Source: Leptogorgia sarmentosa
Taxonomy: Eukaryota
Reading direction: 5' to 3'
Length of the DNA stretch: 64,000 nt
Assembly (NCBI GenBank): GCA_964658305.1
Contig: OZ210885.1
Location: 20,336,001-20,400,000, forward strand
The translations under genes and the position numbers were made by a program. Each line of letters begins with the position of its first letter. Position 1 is the first letter of the stretch. Of the stretch, positions 63,826 through 64,000 are shown in pieces. Below the pieces are notes generated by a model. That model was given only the letters and a program-made list of their open reading frames with translations, searched no databases and was not told the origin of the DNA.

Positions 63826-63938
63826 ATGACATTAGGGAAATTAGTGATTCAAAGTCGCCTCGGCCTCGAGAGGTTTGTAGAATGCCACAAACCTTTCTCA
63901 GCCTCTGCAAATTTAATCACTAATTTCCCTAATGTCAT
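63826..63938. repeat. Short hairpin/MITE-like inverted repeat
   Basis: 24-bp arms ATGACATTAGGGAAATTAGTGATT at 63826-63849 and 63915-63938. Confidence 0.6.
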
Positions 63939-64000
63939 GGTATTACTCATAAAAGTAACATTATGCATTGATCAACTGCACTTGTAATTTATAAACAAAC

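Larger units (their letters stand above)
58618..64000. mobile_element. Kolobok DNA transposon (transposase + convergent KolX); right end beyond the window
   Basis: Begins AG right after TTAA (58614-58617); two convergent genes typical of Kolobok. Confidence 0.8.

Overview
AT-rich eukaryotic DNA with spliceosomal introns. The repeat families suggest a marine invertebrate such as a coral or anemone, but that is inference only. Essentially the whole window is nested transposable elements, and no ordinary host gene is evident. In order: (1) a decayed Mutator-like (MULE) element, interrupted by a 1.5-kb non-autonomous element and by a second complete 10.3-kb MULE (CARF-like + transposase + SWIM + Ulp1 + PHD, with an internal 3176-bp tandem duplication); (2) four diverged members (A-D) of a ~5-kb DNA transposon with long TATGG...CCATA TIRs and 6-bp TSDs (IS3EU-like), each carrying a convergent gene pair, a DD34E retroviral/IS3-type integrase plus an intron-containing HECT E3 ubiquitin ligase; (3) a BEL/Pao LTR retrotransposon whose 3' LTR holds element B, which in turn holds element C; (4) a 21-kb block bounded by ~380-bp TTAA-flanked inverted repeats, containing element D, a hAT interrupted by a CR1/L2-group LINE with a 2A-like motif, MITEs, a 100-bp satellite and a fifth decayed integrase; (5) a Kolobok transposon (transposase + KolX). 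The most striking system is the integrase + HECT ligase transposon, including its 20-bp-periodic TIR arrays and a GGTCAGCGG motif shared upstream of its genes and of the MULE gene.
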